Positions 63,419 through 64,000 of a DNA stretch of 64,000 nt are shown in pieces. This DNA comes from Octopus sinensis. Lineage: Eukaryota. The position numbers and the translations under genes are program-made. The stretch is taken from contig NC_043006.1 of assembly GCF_006345805.1 (NCBI RefSeq), positions 78,554,001-78,618,000 of the forward strand, in the 5' to 3' direction. The notes under the pieces are model-generated. The model saw nothing but the letters and a program-made list of their open reading frames with translations. It searched no databases and was not told where the DNA came from. How positions within the stretch are numbered: the first letter of the stretch is position 1; each line of letters opens with the position of its first letter.

Positions 63419-64000
63419 TTATATATACTCCATTATGTCTACCAACTCTGGGTAAAATTCCATTGTTCGAGGCCACCTTGTAAGTCGGCATTTCATATGT
63501 TTTGACACGTTCTCGCCAGCTGCCTCGATGAACGCCTCGGCGTCTTTCTCGTGGACGAGTGCACCTGTTTCTTTCCATTCGGTGCCCATCCTGACCCACG
63601 TATATCCGTTTGTTACGCTTATTAAATCTTCCATCTCCTCACAGTGCCTGTGATGGATTAACGTTCCATAGTATTTGAATTTTCTATTCGTATCTACGTT
63701 TTCTCTAGTTTTTCTCTTAGGACTTACTTCCTCTTTTTTCTCCTCCCTCGGTTTCTCTCTTTCTCTCTTTTTGCTTTCTCTTCTTTCTTTTTCCTTCTCT
63801 TGTCTTTTTGGCTCTTTGTCTGCCGTCTCTCTACCCTGTGCCTTAAATTCCATTCCTGTTGTTTCTTTTCCTTTTTGCATACCATTTTTTCCTTTCTCTT
63901 GGTTCTGTTCCTTCTCTTGTCTTTTTGGTTCTTTGTCTGCCGTCTCTCTACCCTGTGTCTTAAGTTCCTTTCCTGTTGTTTCTTTTCCTTTCTCTCGGTT
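63419..64000 (-). CDS. C-terminal part of a second, diverged ORF1-like protein (open at the window edge)
   Basis: Frame open from 64000 to the stop at 63419; C-terminal VT..Y.W..M......A+..K..+.F+ shared with the 61616 ORF; followed by the same type of tail at 63123-63165. Confidence 0.7.
   Translation of the reverse strand, partial: NREKGKETTGKELKTQGRETADKEPKRQEKEQNQEKGKNGMQKGKETTGMEFKAQGRETADKEPKRQEKEKERRESKKREREKPREEKKEEVSPKRKTRENVDTNRKFKYYGTLIHHRHCEEMEDLISVTNGYTWVRMGTEWKETGALVHEKDAEAFIEAAGENVSKHMKCRLTRWPRTMEFYPELVDIMEYI

Overview
AT-rich, microsatellite-saturated metazoan genomic DNA. The SINE and short-repeat families look like those of Octopus (inference from sequence recognition). There is one 100-N gap at 29822-29921, and most ORF-track entries are microsatellite artefacts. 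Host genes reconstructed by eye from splice signals and phase continuity: (1) six 3' exons of a minus-strand RasGEF/CDC25-domain gene (60552 to 48094) whose catalytic domain is split by a ~380-aa insertion; (2) a plus-strand multi-micro-exon gene with a probable NT-C2 domain (from 22157); (3) two strong minus-strand exons of an unidentified gene (18966-18853, 16702-16574). Mobile DNA comprises three tRNA-derived SINE families, a near full-length CR1-group LINE, Dong/R4 and RTE-like fragments, a mariner, a Merlin remnant and a MITE family with 6-bp TSDs. Two things stand out. First, at least 8 loci from several short, mostly (TA)n-embedded repeat families carry hammerhead-ribozyme folds, including G3:C8 and U3:A8 compensatory core variants. 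Three sit in fold-back palindromes in which only one arm keeps an intact core (Penelope/retrozyme-like). Second, two tandem ORF1-like retroelements (one complete, CCHC-bearing and lacking ORF2; the other cut by the window edge) share their 3' tail with the most abundant local SINE. No computation or database search was run.
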